Positions 61,408 to 64,000 of a DNA stretch of 64,000 nt are shown here, in pieces (the stretch's first letter is position 1; each line of letters begins with the position of its first letter). Source of the DNA: an uncultured Verrucomicrobiae bacterium (GTDB lineage Bacteria; Verrucomicrobiota; Verrucomicrobiia; Chthoniobacterales; UBA10450). Where the stretch lies: assembly GCA_963756875.1 (NCBI GenBank), contig CAVWPA010000003.1, positions 288,001-352,000 of the forward strand. The letters run 5' to 3'. The notes under the pieces were generated by a model that was given only the letters and a program-made list of their open reading frames with translations, did not search any database and was not told the origin of the DNA. The position numbers and the translations under genes are program-made.

Positions 61408-63057
61408 TCATAAACCCCCAGCGATCGCATCCCTCACGATTGCCCGGGCTTCCTCCAGAATCCTATGCAGATGATCGGTCCCCAGAAAACTCTCCGCGTA
61501 AATCTTGTAGATTTCTTCCGTTCCCGACGGCCGGGCTGCGAACCATCCGTTCTCGGTAATCACTTTCAACCCGCCGATGGGCGCGTCGTTGCCGGGCGCC
61601 CGGGTGAGGATCGACGCAATTTTCTCGCCGGCCAACTCGGTTTCCCGGACCTGTTTCGGCGAAAGTTTCTTTAAGATTTCCTTCTGCTCGGCAGTTGCCG
61701 GAGCTTCAACGCGATCGTAAACAGGTGCGCCAAGCTCGTTTGTTAGGCCGGAATAAATCTCGGCGGGATCGCGCCCCATTCGTGCCGTAATTTCCGCCGC
61801 AAGCAGCGCGAGGAGCATCCCGTCCTTGTCGGTCGTCCAGACGCTGCCGTCACGCCTAACGAAAACCGCGCCCGCGCTTTCTTCGCCGGCGAAGCCGAAG
61901 GAGCCGTCCAGTAAACCGTCCACGAACCATTTGAATCCGACCGGCACCTCGCAAAGGTTCCGGCCCAGCTTCGCCGCCACGCGATCGATCATCTGGCTGC
62001 TGACCAGCGTCTTGCCTACGGCCGCATCTTTGCGCCAGTTCGCTCGGTGCTGGAAAAGATAAAAAATCGCTGCAGAAAGATAATGGTTAGGCGGCAGCAG
62101 ACCCGCGCTGCGGGTGACAATTCCGTGACGGTCGTGGTCTGTGTCACAAGCAAAAGCAATTTGAAACCGGTCTTTGAGTCCGATCAGCCTTTGCATCGCG
62201 TAGGGGGACGACGGGTCCATGCGAATCTGGCCGTCCCAATCAATCGTCATGAAACGGAACGTTGGATCGACAACGTCGTTGACGATTGTCAGATTCAGTC
62301 TGTAGCGGTCGGCAATCGGTCCCCAATAATGGACTCCCGCACCGCCGAGCGGATCGACGCCGAGGCTGATCTTTGAGTCGCGAATCGTTTCCATGTCGAG
62401 CGCGTTGCCAAGATCGCCGATGTAGGCATTGAGGTAATCGTGCCGATGCGTGGTCGTGGCGTGAAGCGCCCTCTCATACGCCACTCGCTTCACGGTTTTA
62501 AGATCGGATTCAAGAAACTCGTTAGCCTTTGCCTCGATCCAGCCGGTGACGTCGGTGTCCGCAGGCCCGCCGTTCGGCGGGTTGTATTTGAAGCCGCCAT
62601 CGCGAGGTGGATTGTGCGAAGGCGTGATGACAATCCCGTCCGCCAGTCCCGTTTTGCGCCCGCGATTGTAAGTGAGGATCGCGTGGGAGATGACTGGCGT
62701 AGGAGTGTATTCATCTTTTTCCGCAAGCATCACGTCTACTTCGTTAGCAGCCAATACTTCCAGAGCACTGGTTAGTGCCGGAACTGAAAGCGCGTGCGTG
62801 TCCATCCCCAGAAACAGCGGGCCGTCGATTCGCTGCTGTTTCCGGTAGAGGCAGATCGCCTGGCTGATAGCCAGGATATGCGCCTCGTTAAAGGTCCTTT
62901 CGAATGACGAACCGCGATGACCCGAGGTGCCGAATGCGACCCGTTGCGCGGGCACCGAAGGATCGGGCGTTTCGGTATAGTAGAAAGTCACAAGTCTGGA
63001 GACGTCGACCAAATCGGACTGGTCGGCCGGTTTTCCCGCACGCGGACTTACATTCAT
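61408..63057 (-). CDS. pgm: Phosphoglucomutase (glucose-1,6-bisphosphate dependent)
   Basis: FGTSGHRG, ITPSHNP, DTDHDR, GEESAG and RPSGTE motifs. Confidence 0.96.
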   Translation of the reverse strand: MNVSPRAGKPADQSDLVDVSRLVTFYYTETPDPSVPAQRVAFGTSGHRGSSFERTFNEAHILAISQAICLYRKQQRIDGPLFLGMDTHALSVPALTSALEVLAANEVDVMLAEKDEYTPTPVISHAILTYNRGRKTGLADGIVITPSHNPPRDGGFKYNPPNGGPADTDVTGWIEAKANEFLESDLKTVKRVAYERALHATTTHRHDYLNAYIGDLGNALDMETIRDSKISLGVDPLGGAGVHYWGPIADRYRLNLTIVNDVVDPTFRFMTIDWDGQIRMDPSSPYAMQRLIGLKDRFQIAFACDTDHDRHGIVTRSAGLLPPNHYLSAAIFYLFQHRANWRKDAAVGKTLVSSQMIDRVAAKLGRNLCEVPVGFKWFVDGLLDGSFGFAGEESAGAVFVRRDGSVWTTDKDGMLLALLAAEITARMGRDPAEIYSGLTNELGAPVYDRVEAPATAEQKEILKKLSPKQVRETELAGEKIASILTRAPGNDAPIGGLKVITENGWFAARPSGTEEIYKIYAESFLGTDHLHRILEEARAIVRDAIAGGL

Positions 63058-63168
63058 GGCTTTCGTTTCAGATGGTTTGATGGCGCTTTCGAGGCTCGTG
63101 TTCGACAAGGCCCCCGCAAAGGTCGCACACTCGCGCGGTCTCCGTTGTCCCCGGTTTTCGCGAAACGG

Positions 63169-64000
63169 TCAATACATGCGAGCGCGGAACATCCATCCTG
63201 CCACAGCCAGGTTGATCAAGCCGATGATTGCCATCGGCCAAAACTGGCTGATCAGCAGATGAAACGGCGTCCCTTCCAGAAACACGCTGCGCAGGATCAC
63301 GAGAAAATAGCGCATGGGATTGATCAATGTGAGCCGCTGGACCAAATAGGGCATGTTGGCGATTGGGGTGGCGAAGCCCGAGAGAATGATCGACGGCACA
63401 ATGAAGAGAAAGGCGCCGAGCAATCCCTGTTGCTGCGTAACCGAAAGGGATGAGATCATCAGACCCACGCCTACGGTCGAGAGCAGAAAGAAGAACATCC
63501 CCACGTACAATGTGGCCACGCTGCCGCGCAACGGCACTTGAAACCACAGCGTGGCGATCAGAATGATCACCGTCGCCTCGGCAAAACCGATAATGAATCC
63601 CGGCAGCGCCTTGCCGATGAGGATTTCCACGGGACGGAAGGGCGTCACGAGCAATTGATCGAACGTCCCCTGCTCGCGTTCGCGGGCCACGGAGAGCGCG
63701 GTGACCAATGTCGTGACCACCAGCGTTAGCAATCCGACAATGCCGGGCACGATGAACCAGCGGCTGACCAGGTTCGGATTGAACCACGCGCGCGTTTCCA
63801 GGTAGGCCGGGGTCGCCACGGCGCCGGCCCGTTGTTGCCAGTCGGCGTCAAACCCGGCGATGATGGTGTTGACGTAATTGAGGAGAATCGCCGCCGTATT
63901 GGAGTTGCGTCCGTCGATGATGACCTGCACCGGCCCGGATCGATCATTGAGCAATTCGCGGCTGAACTGCGGGCTGATGTGCAGCACCAAGAGCGCTTTT
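63169..64000 (-). CDS. ABC-2 transporter permease (YbhR-like), 5' end beyond the window
   Basis: IDGRNSN, WFNPNL, AREREQGTFDQLLVTP and LSGFATPIANMP motifs. Confidence 0.9.
   Translation of the reverse strand, partial: KALLVLHISPQFSRELLNDRSGPVQVIIDGRNSNTAAILLNYVNTIIAGFDADWQQRAGAVATPAYLETRAWFNPNLVSRWFIVPGIVGLLTLVVTTLVTALSVAREREQGTFDQLLVTPFRPVEILIGKALPGFIIGFAEATVIILIATLWFQVPLRGSVATLYVGMFFFLLSTVGVGLMISSLSVTQQQGLLGAFLFIVPSIILSGFATPIANMPYLVQRLTLINPMRYFLVILRSVFLEGTPFHLLISQFWPMAIIGLINLAVAGWMFRARMY

Overview
About 60 genes of chromosomal DNA from a GC-rich bacterium. Gene style and repeat families suggest a soil Verrucomicrobium (Chthoniobacterales-like); this is an inference. The left part holds housekeeping genes (purN, gpsA, plsY, mnmG, cdd, yitJ, hisC, mnmE, pyrD, bioB, lysA). 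They diverge around an AT-rich, gene-free gap (7229-7663) with repeated DnaA-box-like 9-mers, a helically phased repeat array and a run of NAN trinucleotides. With a perfect parS palindrome inside mnmG, this gap is a candidate replication origin with no dnaA in the window. The middle holds an ECF sigma/anti-sigma/Spy module with matching divergent promoters, and metal transport genes (ZIP, DmeF, and a TonB receptor behind a CruR/DUF2946-like leader ending in HAPP). It also has a Dps stress cluster, a GH75 protein, a rearranged kdp operon (F-B-A-C with extra small peptides and an outer-membrane protein), a membrane pseudokinase and sufSU/nnrS. The right end is a fermentation/acid-stress cluster (pgm, fbaB, ackA, xfp, H+-ATPase, Pat, ldhA, USP). 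GTAG-type REP doublets are scattered through the window, one inserted in frame in a gene. Seven frameshifts in six genes are all insertions and are most likely sequencing errors. No rRNA, tRNA, CRISPR array or transposase was recognised.
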